A stretch of DNA of 64,000 nt from NCBI GenBank assembly GCA_963848295.1, contig CAWKDB010000002.1:896001-960000 (forward strand), written 5' to 3'. Source of the stretch: an uncultured delta proteobacterium. GTDB lineage: Bacteria > Myxococcota_A > Polyangia > Haliangiales > Haliangiaceae. The notes beneath the pieces were generated by a model that worked only from the letters and a program-made list of their open reading frames with translations, did no database searches and was not told the DNA's origin. Positions within the stretch are counted from its first letter, which is position 1; each line of letters begins with the position of its first letter. This document shows, piece by piece, positions 31,943 to 44,853 of this stretch. A program made the translations under genes and the position numbers.

Positions 31943-33710
31943 CTAGGTCGCAGCGTCGGGCCCGGCCATGGTCTGTACAAGGGAGATCATGATGAACTCG
32001 GCGGGCGCCACGGGCGCGACGCCGATATCGCAAAGCAAAAGGCCGCTATCCACCTGGTCGGGGGGGTTGGTCTCAGCATCGCATTTTACGAAGAACGCCT
32101 GCTCGGGATTCCCTCCCGAGAGCATCCCCTTGTTATGGAGATCCGACAGGAATGCGACGGTTCGGCTTCTTACGAGGTCCCAGGTCCTGTCGTTGTTTGG
32201 CTCGAACGTGATCCATGCGAACCCAGCCTCTAACGACCGCCGTAACATGATGAAAAGACGGCGAACCGAGATGTAGCGCCACTGTGGGTCCGATGACGCG
32301 GTGCGCGCCCCCCACGGCCGGACGCCGCGCTGTAGGCGAAAGGTGTTCACCGAGTCGCTATTGAGGATGCCGATGTGGTCTTCGGTGACCCGCAACGCCA
32401 GGTCCTGCGCGCCCTCGATCTGGAGGTTCGCGGGAGCGTGGTGGACGCCTTGGAGGTCTTGCCGGGCATAGCAGCCGGCGAGAAACCCCGACGGCGGCAC
32501 CGATCGGATCTTGTCGTCGAAGCCGTTCGCCCGCAACCATGGCCAGTAGTACGCGCAGAACGACGAGTCGGTGCGCCGCCGCCAGCGCCGGACCCACTCG
32601 ACGTCCTTGCTCTGCGGGATGTCGAGGATGGCGAACCGGTCTTTCTGATTCTCGCAGATCGAGATCATCTGGTCCTGAACGCGTTGTGCCTTGAGCTCGC
32701 CGGCCGGGCCCGGCTCGCGATCGTAGAACCGCATCGCGTCGGGCGCGATCAAGATCCCGATCTCGTCGTTCGCCGCGAGGCCGAGCAAACCCAAGCGTTC
32801 GCCGGGACCGAAGTCGTGGCCGATGAAGTCCTCCGGCGTGATCGCGACATCGCCGTCGCGACCGCCGCTCAAGCGCGTCATCACGATCGCGTCCGGCATG
32901 TTGTGCGGCACCGGCGAGGTCGTCTTGAGATCCTCGACGCGAATCAAGCGCGAGCGTTGCGCGATGAGGGTCGGCGCGTAGTTGCGCGACGACGGATGCA
33001 TCTGCAGGCCCTTGAACACCTCGCGGCGATCTTTCATCGCGACATGGATCTCGAACGTCATGACCTCGAGATAGGTCGGCGCGGCCGCGCGATGACGCCG
33101 ATTGACCGGCGTCGCCGTGCTCCACTTGATGAGCTTGTCGCCGACTTCGCTGATCACGACGTAGTCGGCGTTCTCGCGATCGTAGATCTTGACGAGCGCG
33201 CCGACCTCGAAGCCGCGCGTCTGGTTGAGGTGCGCTTCGCCGGAGCCGATGTCGAGATCGCGAGTCAAGAGCGCCTGCGCGCCGGGCGAGTGGATGCAGC
33301 TTGAACCAGATCGAGTTGCCCCACACGCCCTCGTTGAGGGCGCGGATCTTCACCGACGGCTTGTTCCATGCGTCGTCTTGCACGTGCTCGGCGCACGCGG
33401 CCTGGTCGAGCCCAGCGAGCTCGCCCTTCGCCGGCATATGCGCGACGCGCACGACCCAGCAATCGGTGCCGCCGTTCCTGAAAAAGCCGTACACCGAGTC
33501 CGACGTGTAGGTCTCCGGCGTGTAGCCGAAGATCTCGACGAACTCATCCCAATTGCCGAGCCGAGTCGGCTCGTTCATCGGCCCCTTTTGCGTGACGCCG
33601 ACGAAGCCAGCGACGCGCGTGTTAGCGATCGATAGCGGGGGCGGCGCTACCGAATCGAAGCTCTGGTAGATGCCAGGCGCTCGAGGATCTGCGGACGGTC
33701 GCATACTCAT
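31943..33710 (-). CDS. Tail sheath protein 2; +1 frameshift near 33299
   Basis: 'APGIY...AGFVGVTQKGP...WDEFVEIFG...GFFRNGG'; downstream frame 'DRFAILDIP...YYWPWL...PPSG...HHAPAN...WGART...WRYISVRR...FEPN'. Confidence 0.9.
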
Positions 33711-33717
33711 GCTTCAG

Positions 33718-33900
33718 CTATCGCCTCCGCGCTTCGTTGATCTCGCGGTTGACCCGCGCGATCTCGCGTAACCACACGTGGCGTTCTTCGTGCTCCATAT
33801 CGAGGATGTCGTCGATCGACCAGTGAAAGTGGTAAGCGATGTAAGCGACTTCTTGGTACAGCTGTTCGCGCGGATAAGTAGCAACCGCCGCCAGGGTCAC
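33718..33900 (-). CDS. DUF6760 family protein (tail-assembly chaperone extension)
   Basis: 'YPREQLYQEVAYIAYHFHWSIDDILDMEHEERHVWLREIARVN'. Confidence 0.88.
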   Translation of the reverse strand: MTLAAVATYPREQLYQEVAYIAYHFHWSIDDILDMEHEERHVWLREIARVNREINEARRR

Positions 33901-34304
33901 CCCGGGCCAGACTGGCCACTACCTCCCTCCTCGGTGATCAAACCACCGGTAACCATATCGACATCCATCTCGGTGCCGCATTTCGGACACGTCACATGGT
34001 GCTTCGGCGCGCCACCCTCTTCGTTGATCTTGCGATAGAACTCCTGCAAGTACGCGAGGTCGGTGGAAAACAGATTCTCGATCATGTCGACCGAGATTCG
34101 CGACTGCTCTCCGATCTTCACGATCACGCGCGACAACAGCACGATCACGAGGTACGCGCGATTGCTCTGTACCCGGTAGTCTTGCAGCGGCAGGATCTCG
34201 TCCCGCGCGGTCGCGAGCCGCATCACACCATCGCGGTGCACATTGCCTTCCTCGTCCACGTACCCGCGCGGCAACCGAAACGAATACTGAGTCTTGAACG
34301 CCAT
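33897..34304 (-). CDS. eCIS tail-assembly chaperone-like protein
   Basis: 'FRLPRGYVDEEGNVHRDGVMRLATARDEILPLQD.RV..N.AYL.IVLLSRVI...DLAYLQEFY..IN...CPKC'. Confidence 0.88.
   Translation of the reverse strand: MAFKTQYSFRLPRGYVDEEGNVHRDGVMRLATARDEILPLQDYRVQSNRAYLVIVLLSRVIVKIGEQSRISVDMIENLFSTDLAYLQEFYRKINEEGGAPKHHVTCPKCGTEMDVDMVTGGLITEEGGSGQSGPG
33900..33906 (-). promoter_or_regulatory. Candidate -1 programmed frameshift heptamer C CCG GGG immediately before the chaperone stop codon
   Basis: Minus strand reads GGC CCG GGG TGA; the -1 frame reads on into the DUF6760 ORF. Confidence 0.55.
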
Positions 34305-34320
34305 TGAGCCTGTGACCTTT

Positions 34321-34361
34321 CAAAACGAAACGGGCCGCCCTGGTCTCACCAGAGCAGCCCG
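34321..34361 (-). terminator. Intrinsic terminator after the tandem tube gene
   Basis: Minus strand CGGGCTGCTCTGGT-GAG-ACCAGGGCGGCCCG followed by TTTCGTTTTG. Confidence 0.8.
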
Positions 34362-34385
34362 AATCCTATACGAAACCTACGCGGT

Positions 34386-35315
34386 TTACGCGTCGTAGGT
34401 GTTGAGATGGAACTCCATCTGCTGGACGTATAGCTCGACCGTGAAGCGCGCGATCTTCTCGGAGTTCGCCTCGTGGTCGTCGTGGCCGAACTTCTTGAAG
34501 CCGACGTTCTTCAGCGTGATCTCGCCGAGCTCGTCGGTCATGTTCGGACCGAGGAACACGATGCGGCCGTGAATCTCGTCGCCCTCGAGGTGGTGGCCAT
34601 CGATGAACCACTTCTTCGCGGCCTCCGCCCACTTCTGGTGGTCGGCCTTCGAGATGCTCAGCTTGAGGTCGGGCACCTTGACGTTCGCCGGGTGGTACGT
34701 GTACTCGCGCGTTCCGCCCACCGGGTCCGGCGCAACCGCGCACTTCCAGGTGAACGAGTCGATCGACGACACGCGGTCACACGGCAGGTGCAGCAGCTCG
34801 ATCTTGAAGTTCGAGCACAGCCACGCTTTCTGCTTCGGGCCGATCTTGCCGCGGATGTCTTCGCCGTTGGCCTTGTGCCACCGCACGATCTCGGGCTGGA
34901 ACTCGATGTCGAAGTACGCGGCGTCTTTGCTCGAGCCGTCGAGCTTCGGCACCGTGACGCTCGTGATCAGCGCTTGCTGGAACTCGAGGCGGGTCTGCGC
35001 CTTGTAGTCGAAGTCCGCGGCCGTGAACGCGCCCGACTTCGTGATGTAGCCCTTCTGGAACGCGGCGTTGATCCACTCGTACATGCCGCGGCCCATGCCG
35101 ATACCGACCGAGGCCTTGCCCGGGGTCCACTTGATGTTGGATACGTGCTTCGGCTGGAAGTTATCGGTCGACAGATCGTGGGTCGCGATGTCGGCTTCCA
35201 TGTGGAGACCGCTGAACTTCTTGAGATAGCCGACGTTGTACGCGGCGCCCGCGCTGTCGACCTCGAGCATGAAGCGTCCGCCGGTATAGCTGCGGTTGCT
35301 GTTGTCTAGAGCCAT
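34386..35315 (-). CDS. Tail tube protein with two tandem gp19/Hcp-like domains (309 aa)
   Basis: Two similar halves: 'RFMLEVD...FSGL...MYEWI...PKLDGSSKDAAYFDIEF' and 'NFKIEL...VSSIDSF...WFIDG...EANSEKIARFTVELYV'; lies directly after the sheath gene. Confidence 0.78.
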   Translation of the reverse strand: MALDNSNRSYTGGRFMLEVDSAGAAYNVGYLKKFSGLHMEADIATHDLSTDNFQPKHVSNIKWTPGKASVGIGMGRGMYEWINAAFQKGYITKSGAFTAADFDYKAQTRLEFQQALITSVTVPKLDGSSKDAAYFDIEFQPEIVRWHKANGEDIRGKIGPKQKAWLCSNFKIELLHLPCDRVSSIDSFTWKCAVAPDPVGGTREYTYHPANVKVPDLKLSISKADHQKWAEAAKKWFIDGHHLEGDEIHGRIVFLGPNMTDELGEITLKNVGFKKFGHDDHEANSEKIARFTVELYVQQMEFHLNTYDA

Positions 35316-35565
35316 TGTCTATTGTCTCCCGTTGTCTCGTGTCACTTGGTGCCGGCCCGGCACGGAGAACCTCGGCGGCTACAACGCTACGCCACCCACC
35401 TCGCGAAGCCTCGCTCCGCCCCGCCTACCTTGTAATCACCGATAGTCTCCCTGACGTTTCAGGTCTTCCCTTGGCCGTCGGGTCCGCCCACCCGCCGTAT
35501 GCGGATGGGCGCCCGCTTGATTCGTCGCTTTCTACGCCAACCCCGGTGGGTTGCTTCCTAGACCA

Positions 35566-36771
<1,206 letters not shown>

Positions 36772-36828
36772 GTCGTTCTCTCCTGTGCGGTGTGCCGATG
36801 CCGGTGGTCTTCGCCCGACTATCGGTGA

Positions 36829-37515
36829 TTACTTCTTGCCGCCTCCGCCGAGATCGAGTCGGCGTGCGCCAAGAAAAGGGTTGCCGTTCGGGCCGGTTTC
36901 AGAGACCCGCGGATCGATGATGGACTTGTATTCGAGTTGGCGCGATTGGACCCGCTTGAACTCCTCGAGCTTCTCCGGAAGGATCGGCACCGCGGTCCAC
37001 GCCTGGACCGCAGGACGCACCGGTTGGCTGAGGCTGCCCCAGAACCGTGCGAGCGTGCCTTCGTCGAGTCGCGCTGACATCAACACGTTGAGCTTGAAGT
37101 CGTCTTCGAACGACGCGCCCTTGAGCTTGTCGTGCGGCAGCTCGGCGTTCTCCATCACCGTGCGGATGATGAGCCCCATCAGCAGCTGCTCGTCTTCCGG
37201 GGTCTGCGCCCAGCAGGAGATCAAGTAATCGAGCCGGACCCATAGCCGGCGCCGGCGAAAATATTCCTTGAGCGTGCCGTCATCCTGCGGGACCTCGACG
37301 AGCTCGGCCGACGGCGTCGAGTCGTAGCCTTCGGGGTCGATCGACAGCTGATACAGGTAGACCGAAACCGCGGGCAGCTTGCCTTCGATCGCATCCGGCT
37401 TCGGCGCCGACTCCACGATGTGGACGCGCTTGTAGCCGTTGCGCTTGAACTCGTCTTGGAACAGCCGAGACAACGTCTCGGACGTCTCCTTGATGATGTG
37501 ATGCTGTGGCGTCAT
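36829..37515 (-). CDS. DUF4255 / Pvc16-Afp16-like cap (tail terminator) protein
   Basis: 'VSVYLYQL...LDYLISCW...EDEQLLMG...FWGSL...RPAV'; first gene of the cluster, the usual position for this family. Confidence 0.85.
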   Translation of the reverse strand: MTPQHHIIKETSETLSRLFQDEFKRNGYKRVHIVESAPKPDAIEGKLPAVSVYLYQLSIDPEGYDSTPSAELVEVPQDDGTLKEYFRRRRLWVRLDYLISCWAQTPEDEQLLMGLIIRTVMENAELPHDKLKGASFEDDFKLNVLMSARLDEGTLARFWGSLSQPVRPAVQAWTAVPILPEKLEEFKRVQSRQLEYKSIIDPRVSETGPNGNPFLGARRLDLGGGGKK

Positions 37516-37598
37516 CCCCGAGTCAGCCGCCGCGATCTTTGACCTCTCTCCTCGTCGGGCTCAAGCCGCATCAGCCGAAATCGCATACGCTTCGCCGG

Positions 37599-37895
37599 GT
37601 GAGACATTTGTTCGTCTGCACGAACGCGCGGGGCAGCGGCAAGCCGACATGTGGGCCGCGCGGAGGTGACGAGCTGGTCGCTGCGGTGCAGCGGGAGTTG
37701 CTCGCGCGCGGGGCGGCGGCGCTGGTCACGCCGTGCGCTTGCCTCGGCCCGTGCTTCGACGGTCCTAACGCGGTCGTGTACCCGGACGCGATCTGGTACG
37801 CGCAGCTCGAGCCCAGCGATGCGCCCGCGTTGGTCGAGCACCTGCTGGCCGGGGTAATCTACGACGCGAAGCGCACGGAGCCGCCCGGCGAGTGA
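37599..37895 (+). CDS. Thioredoxin-like [2Fe-2S] ferredoxin
   Basis: 'HLFVCTN...C...CLGPCFDGPNAVVYPDAIWY'. Confidence 0.9.
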   Translation: MRHLFVCTNARGSGKPTCGPRGGDELVAAVQRELLARGAAALVTPCACLGPCFDGPNAVVYPDAIWYAQLEPSDAPALVEHLLAGVIYDAKRTEPPGE

Positions 37896-37898
37896 GCG

Positions 37899-38546
37899 TC
37901 ACGCTTCGGCGATCTTCGCGAGCTCGGTCGTCGACCACGCGGCGACCCCGCGCTCGACCGTCGCATCGAGGTCGTTCGAAATCTCGGCGGTCGTCAGCCA
38001 CGGAAACGAATCGACGAGCGCGCTCGACACGTCGCGGCCGACGCTCGGTGCGATCAGCGCGACATCGATCGCGAGCTCGGCGCGCGATAACAAGTCGAGC
38101 GCGTCCAATGGTGTGCGCGGCGCGATCGGCGTCATGCCCCGCACCGCAAGCTTGACGACGAGGTCGCTGCGGCGGGTTGGCTGATCGTCGAGCACGAGGA
38201 TCGGCCGGCGAGTCGCGGCGCCGAGCGTCGCGGCGATCGCGGCGTCGATCGCGGGGCCCATGCCGGGGTCGAGCCGATCGAACGCGATCGCGACCCGCCA
38301 GCGGCGGTTCGTCGACTCGATCCGCACGGTGCGAGCGCTCGCCCAGCCGGTGCCGGGGCCGAACCGGAGCTCGATGTCGAGCGCCCCGTCGTCGGGCAGC
38401 GCACCGAGTGAGACCAGCGCGCCCTTGCGCGACAGGTTCTCGATCGCGCCGTGTATCGCCCCGTCGTCACCGTGCAACACGGCGACGCCCCGAACCGGAA
38501 TCCGCTGCGCGCGCCGTCGCTCCGACCAACTGGCTGGCTCACCCAT
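37899..38546 (-). CDS. PilZ domain + degenerate receiver-like domain protein
   Basis: 'ERRRAQRIP' (RxxxR) and 'NLSRKGA' (D/NxSxxG); 'PILVLDDQ' receiver-like start. Confidence 0.8.
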   Translation of the reverse strand: MGEPASWSERRRAQRIPVRGVAVLHGDDGAIHGAIENLSRKGALVSLGALPDDGALDIELRFGPGTGWASARTVRIESTNRRWRVAIAFDRLDPGMGPAIDAAIAATLGAATRRPILVLDDQPTRRSDLVVKLAVRGMTPIAPRTPLDALDLLSRAELAIDVALIAPSVGRDVSSALVDSFPWLTTAEISNDLDATVERGVAAWSTTELAKIAEA

Positions 38547-38648
38547 TTGTAGCCCTCCGTTCGGGGCGGAGCATACGCTCTTGGGTTGGACGCGGATCGT
38601 AAATTTTCGGAGCGGACCGACGGGAGACGGGGCGGTGGGGAAGTGAGC

Positions 38649-38950
38649 CGAAGAAATTGATCAATTGATCAACAGGCGACAGGCAACAGGCAACTGAAGA
38701 GGTTTGTGCGTGGTCCGGAGCGGCCGAGGGCCGAGGGCCGAGGGCCGAGGGCCGAGGGCCGAGGCCCAAGCCGAGCCCGAGCCGAGCCCGAGCCGAGCCC
38801 GAGCCGAGCCCGACGCGCTGCCTCGGCGATGCTACTGCCAGCCGGGCCGGCGGTCAGGCTCCGAGACCTTCCGTACAACTTCCGCCGCCTCGCGGCGCTC
38901 CACCATTGCCTGTTGCCTGTTGCCTGTTGATCAATTGATCAATTTCTTCG
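38649..38950. repeat. 302-bp element with 45-bp terminal inverted repeats (REPIN/MITE-like) and internal 7- and 11-bp tandem repeats
   Basis: 38649-38693 versus the reverse complement of 38906-38950 match at 44/45; each arm holds palindrome TTGATCAATTGATCAA and (ACAGGCA)3; interior has (GGCCGAG)~6 and (GCCGAGCCCGA)~4. Confidence 0.88.
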
Positions 38951-38954
38951 CACG

Positions 38955-39827
38955 TCAATACGTCAGCAACGCGTCGAGGTGCCGCCGCTCCCACATCTTC
39001 GCCTGGTCGAACTGCTCGTAAAGCGCCTCGTCGGCCATGAACGCCTTGGAGTGGAACTCCCGCCGCCCGTTCTTGACCCGGATATCGTGGACCTGGTGGA
39101 GCATCTCGTGGAACACGATCCATGCGACGAAGTACCGCGGCACGAACGCGCGATCGAGCGATCGATGGATGCGGATCAGCCGGTCCTCGACCGAGTAGCT
39201 GCCCATCTTGATCGAGTTGCGGCGGCGCACCCGGCCGGTACGCTGGCCCCAGGTGATCGCCGCTTCGATCTTGTTGTCGAAGTAGCGCGCGTTGATCTCG
39301 TCATAGAGCATGCGCAGATCGTGATGCTCGCCCGCGGTGAAGATCACCTGCGTCGGCTGGCGGCGCGCCCGGCCGCGAACGTGCCCGGAGTTGGAGTCGA
39401 TGAAATCGCCGAGCACGCGCGACGCCTCGCCGTCGTTGTCGGCGATGTAGTGAGCGAGCGCGCGCGTGATCACCGGATCGGCATCGGCGAACATGTGATG
39501 GAGGCGGACCTCGTAGCGCCGCTCCTTCGGCAGCCGGCGCACCGAGATCATGGTGTAGCGATTGTCGGTCAGCGTGACGGCGACGCGACCGCGCGATAGA
39601 TGGGCGCGGATCCGACGCTCCAAGCTCTCTTGCGCATCCGCGATCTCGTCCGGAATCGCCCCGGCGCGGCGCCGCCGCAGCGCCTCGATCAATCCGGTCG
39701 CGAGGGCGGCCGACACGTCGTCGGCGTCGCTGTCACTGAGGAGGACGGCGCCGCGGTCGCACGGGGCGGAGGTCGCGGTCATGACACTGGCTTGGGCTGG
39801 CCCTCGTTCGGGGAGCGCTTCACTCAA
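38955..39827 (-). CDS. SprT-like / M48-type zinc metalloprotein
   Basis: 'INARYF...ITWG...MGSY...IRIHRSLD...VP...IVFHEMLH...H...F'; start uncertain (TTG with AAGGAG upstream). Confidence 0.85.
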   Translation of the reverse strand: MSEALPERGPAQASVMTATSAPCDRGAVLLSDSDADDVSAALATGLIEALRRRRAGAIPDEIADAQESLERRIRAHLSRGRVAVTLTDNRYTMISVRRLPKERRYEVRLHHMFADADPVITRALAHYIADNDGEASRVLGDFIDSNSGHVRGRARRQPTQVIFTAGEHHDLRMLYDEINARYFDNKIEAAITWGQRTGRVRRRNSIKMGSYSVEDRLIRIHRSLDRAFVPRYFVAWIVFHEMLHQVHDIRVKNGRREFHSKAFMADEALYEQFDQAKMWERRHLDALLTY

Positions 39828-40072
39828 AGGGACAGACTCCTTCTATTAAAGCAGATAGCGAACGGTGGGCACAGCGTGGGCATTTGGGCGAACCTGTGGC
39901 GTCGCGAGCCAACGCGCTGGCTCGTCTGCTGAGACCGCTAACCCCGCCACCGCCGACAGGAAAATGCTATCGCGCGGGCTTGCGATGGATCAAATTCCTG
40001 ACCGTCAGAGGGATCGGATCTGATCGCAACTGCTGGGAAATCTCCTTCTACGGGCCTATCGTGCGGGACCTC

Positions 40073-41852
<1,780 letters not shown>

Positions 41853-41863
<11 letters not shown>

Positions 41864-42755
41864 GCGCCGGCGCGGAGTCGGCGATCGGCTCGGTATCGTT
41901 GATCGGCTCGAGGTCGAGGTAGCGCGTGCCTTTTTCGTCGATCTTGATCATGTCGACGTAGCGGCGATCGAACTCGATCTCGTTCCAGTTCCACACGTAG
42001 CGCGAGTGCACGGTCTGCGCGAGCTGATCGTCGATCGCGGTGAGCGTGACGATCACGTTGATGTTGGTCTCGCGGAGGCTGACCGCGGTGATCCCGTAGA
42101 GCGGGCTCGCCTTGTCGATCGGGTGAACGACGAGGAACGACAGCGCGAATACCGGTGACGTGGTGCGGCGTAGCGGCAAGTCGTAGACCCGGCGGAACCG
42201 CTCGCCGTTCGCGAGCGTCTCTTCGCGCGTCATGTAGAGGTGCGCGGTGGCCTCGACGAGCGCGGTCGTCCGCTCGTTCGCCATCCGGAACTGCAGCGCG
42301 CGTTGGCCGTCGTGGTCGCCGATGATCATCTTGTTCGAGAACAACACGCGCGCCGACGGCGTGGCGAATCGCGCGAAGATCACACCGGTGACGAGCGCGG
42401 TCAGGATGATCGAGAAGAAGCTCTCGCACATCACGACGGTGTTCGACAGCGGATCGGCCGGCGCGAGCACGCCATAGCCGATCGTGCCCATCGTCTGGAC
42501 GCTGAACCAGAAGTCGTCGAGAAACCCGTTCGCGGTGGTCACCGACATGTGACCGACGTACAGCACGGTCGCGAAGATCAGGTTCGCGAGCACGAACACC
42601 ATCGCGAACAGCACGAGCATCCGCGACCACGATGCGGTGCGCGTGAAGTGATACGCGTCGTACGCGAGCGACGACCGGCGAACCCCGCGGCGCTCCATGA
42701 TGAGGCGACCGCGCGAGTCGAGCACGCGCGTTGGAGCTGCAGGTCGCGTAGTCAC
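41853..42755 (-). CDS. Inward-rectifier potassium channel (KirBac)
   Basis: 'FWFSVQTMGTIGYG' selectivity filter, 'FARF..P.ARVLFS', 'FRMANER', 'HPIDKASPLYG'. Confidence 0.93.
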
Positions 42756-42788
42756 GGCTGCGCAACGTACACGATCAGCCTCGCAGGT

Positions 42789-43760
42789 TCATGCTCGGGC
42801 CCAGGCTGGCGTCACGTCGAGATCGATTCGCACCCCGCGGCGGATCACCGCGAGCCGGATCGCCGCGCCGGGCTTGCACGTGCGCAACGCGCGATGGAGC
42901 TCGTCGACGCTGGTGATCGCGGCGTCGTCGAACCGGACGATCAGGTCGCCGTCGCGCAACCCGGCCCACTTCGCCGGACTGTTCGGCTCGACGCTCTGGA
43001 CCTCGACCGCCGCCGCTCCCAGCCCGTGGTGATATGCGAGCCGGCGATCGAGCGGCCGGCGCGACGCGCCCAGACCGAGATATGCGCGGCTGACCACGCC
43101 GTGCTGCAACAGCTGACCGAGCACCCACGCCGCGGTCTCGACCGCGACCGCGAAGCCGATGCCCTGCGAGCGCGCGATGATCGCGGTGTTGACGCCGAGC
43201 ACGCGCCCGGACGCGTCGAGCAGGGGTCCGCCCGAATTCCCTGGATTGAGCGGCGCGGTGTGCTGGACGACGCCGTCGATCAGCCGGTTCGTTCGCCCGC
43301 GCAGCGTGCGGCCGAGCGCCGAGACCACGCCGGTCGACACCGTCGATTCGAACCCGAGCGGGTTGCCGATCGCGACCGCGAGCTGGCCGACCTGGGGCGA
43401 GAGCGAGCCGTCGACCGCCAGGTACGCCCCGGTCAGCGCGCTCGCCTCGACCTTGACGACCGCAAGGTCGGTCGCCGGATCGTCGCCGGTGACTTGCGCG
43501 TCGGCGACCTCGCCGGCCGGAGTGCGAACGCGCAGCTGTCGCCCGCCCGCGACGACGTGGCTGTTGGTCATGACGTAACCGTCCGGCGTGACAACGAACC
43601 CGGAGCCCGCGCCCGCCGGTGGTCGACCGCGCGCCCCGCCCGCTTCGATGCTGACGACCGCGGGCCCGGCGATCTTGACGACGCCTATCACCGCGCGCGA
43701 ATACGCATCGAGTAGCTCGGCTTCGTCCGGCGGTGACGCGATCGCCACCGCGGCGGTCAC
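42789..43760 (-). CDS. HtrA/S1C trypsin-like serine protease with PDZ domain
   Basis: TNSHVV, TDLAVV, NPGNSGGPL triad intact; C-terminal PDZ; no signal peptide. Confidence 0.93.
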   Translation of the reverse strand: MTAAVAIASPPDEAELLDAYSRAVIGVVKIAGPAVVSIEAGGARGRPPAGAGSGFVVTPDGYVMTNSHVVAGGRQLRVRTPAGEVADAQVTGDDPATDLAVVKVEASALTGAYLAVDGSLSPQVGQLAVAIGNPLGFESTVSTGVVSALGRTLRGRTNRLIDGVVQHTAPLNPGNSGGPLLDASGRVLGVNTAIIARSQGIGFAVAVETAAWVLGQLLQHGVVSRAYLGLGASRRPLDRRLAYHHGLGAAAVEVQSVEPNSPAKWAGLRDGDLIVRFDDAAITSVDELHRALRTCKPGAAIRLAVIRRGVRIDLDVTPAWARA

Positions 43761-44665
43761 GCCTTGCTCCCCAGCGTCACGTCGAGCTCGGTGCGTTGAC
43801 CGGCGCGCAGCGCGACGAGCTTCACGGTCTTGCCGGCGCGGTCGCCGAGCGCCTCGCGCAGCGAATGCGGATCTTCGATCGCGGCGCCATCGAGCTCGAT
43901 CAGGAGGTCACCGACCAACAGGCCGGCCGCTGCCGCGGGACCGTCATCATCCAGCGACGCGATGAGCGCGCCGGTCTTGCGTCCGAGCGCTTGCGCGAAA
44001 GCCGCCGGGAGCTCCGCGGGGAATGCGCCTACGCCGAGATAGCCGCGGCGAATGCCACCGTGGGCGACGAGCTCGGCGACGACCCGGCGCAGCGTCACGA
44101 CCGGAATCGCGAGATCGGCGCCGCGCAGCAGCGTGCGCGTGTTCATGCCGATCACCGCGCCGCCGGAATCGATCAAGGGACCGCCGGCGAAGCCACGCGG
44201 GATCTGGCGATCGCTCTCGATGTAGCGCTCGAGCCGGCCGCCATGCGGCGTGCGCTGCTCGGGGCCGAGCACGCCGATCGCGCGCAGCGAGGCGCGAGCG
44301 GCATGACCTGGCCGGCCGATCGCGAGCGCGAAGTTACCGACCGCGAGCCCGGCGTCATCGACGGTCGCCGCCGGGGTCAGCCCGCCGCCCTCCACGCGCA
44401 AGACGGCGACATCGGTGCCGGAATCGCGTCCGATAACGGTCGCTTCGCGAGACTCGAGCGTCCCGTCGGCACCAGGGATGCCGACGCGGGTTCGGTCCGG
44501 AGTGTGAAAGTTGCAGGTCACGACCAGGTCTTGCGACCAGGCGAAGCCGGTACCACCTTGATGGTGGCCGCGGGAGACGTGGATGACCGATGGGGCCACG
44601 GCCGCCACGGCGGCGGCGAGGCCCTGATCGAGGGCGCGAAACGGATCGGGAGCTGGTTGAGCCAT
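43757..44665 (-). CDS. HtrA-like PDZ protein, probably catalytically inactive
   Basis: GFAGGPL replaces GNSGGPL; PDZ domain present; GTGA-coupled to the active paralogue. Confidence 0.85.
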   Translation of the reverse strand: MAQPAPDPFRALDQGLAAAVAAVAPSVIHVSRGHHQGGTGFAWSQDLVVTCNFHTPDRTRVGIPGADGTLESREATVIGRDSGTDVAVLRVEGGGLTPAATVDDAGLAVGNFALAIGRPGHAARASLRAIGVLGPEQRTPHGGRLERYIESDRQIPRGFAGGPLIDSGGAVIGMNTRTLLRGADLAIPVVTLRRVVAELVAHGGIRRGYLGVGAFPAELPAAFAQALGRKTGALIASLDDDGPAAAAGLLVGDLLIELDGAAIEDPHSLREALGDRAGKTVKLVALRAGQRTELDVTLGSKA

Positions 44666-44776
44666 CCCCGCATCGTGCTGCGGACCCGAGCTCGGGGATA
44701 TCCGCCGTTCGGCGAGGACGAACGGAGTTTTTCGAGCAGGTGCGAGGATTCCGCAGCGAGCGAGATCGGCCAGGGC

Positions 44777-44792
44777 CTGCCCATGTGGGCAG
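44777..44792. promoter_or_regulatory. 7-2-7 palindrome CTGCCCA-TG-TGGGCAG, candidate operator of the adjacent LuxR/NarL regulator
   Basis: Perfect inverted heptamers in the divergent intergenic region. Confidence 0.6.
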
Positions 44793-44853
44793 CCCGCTCG
44801 GTCTTGACCCGCCCACCTAGCGTGACCATGTTGTCACGACTGAGGTAAGCCCA

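Noticed and set aside
38720..38815. Short ORFs over the GGCCGAG/GCCGAGCCCGA repeats
   Set aside because: Translations only mirror the microsatellite; treated as non-coding.
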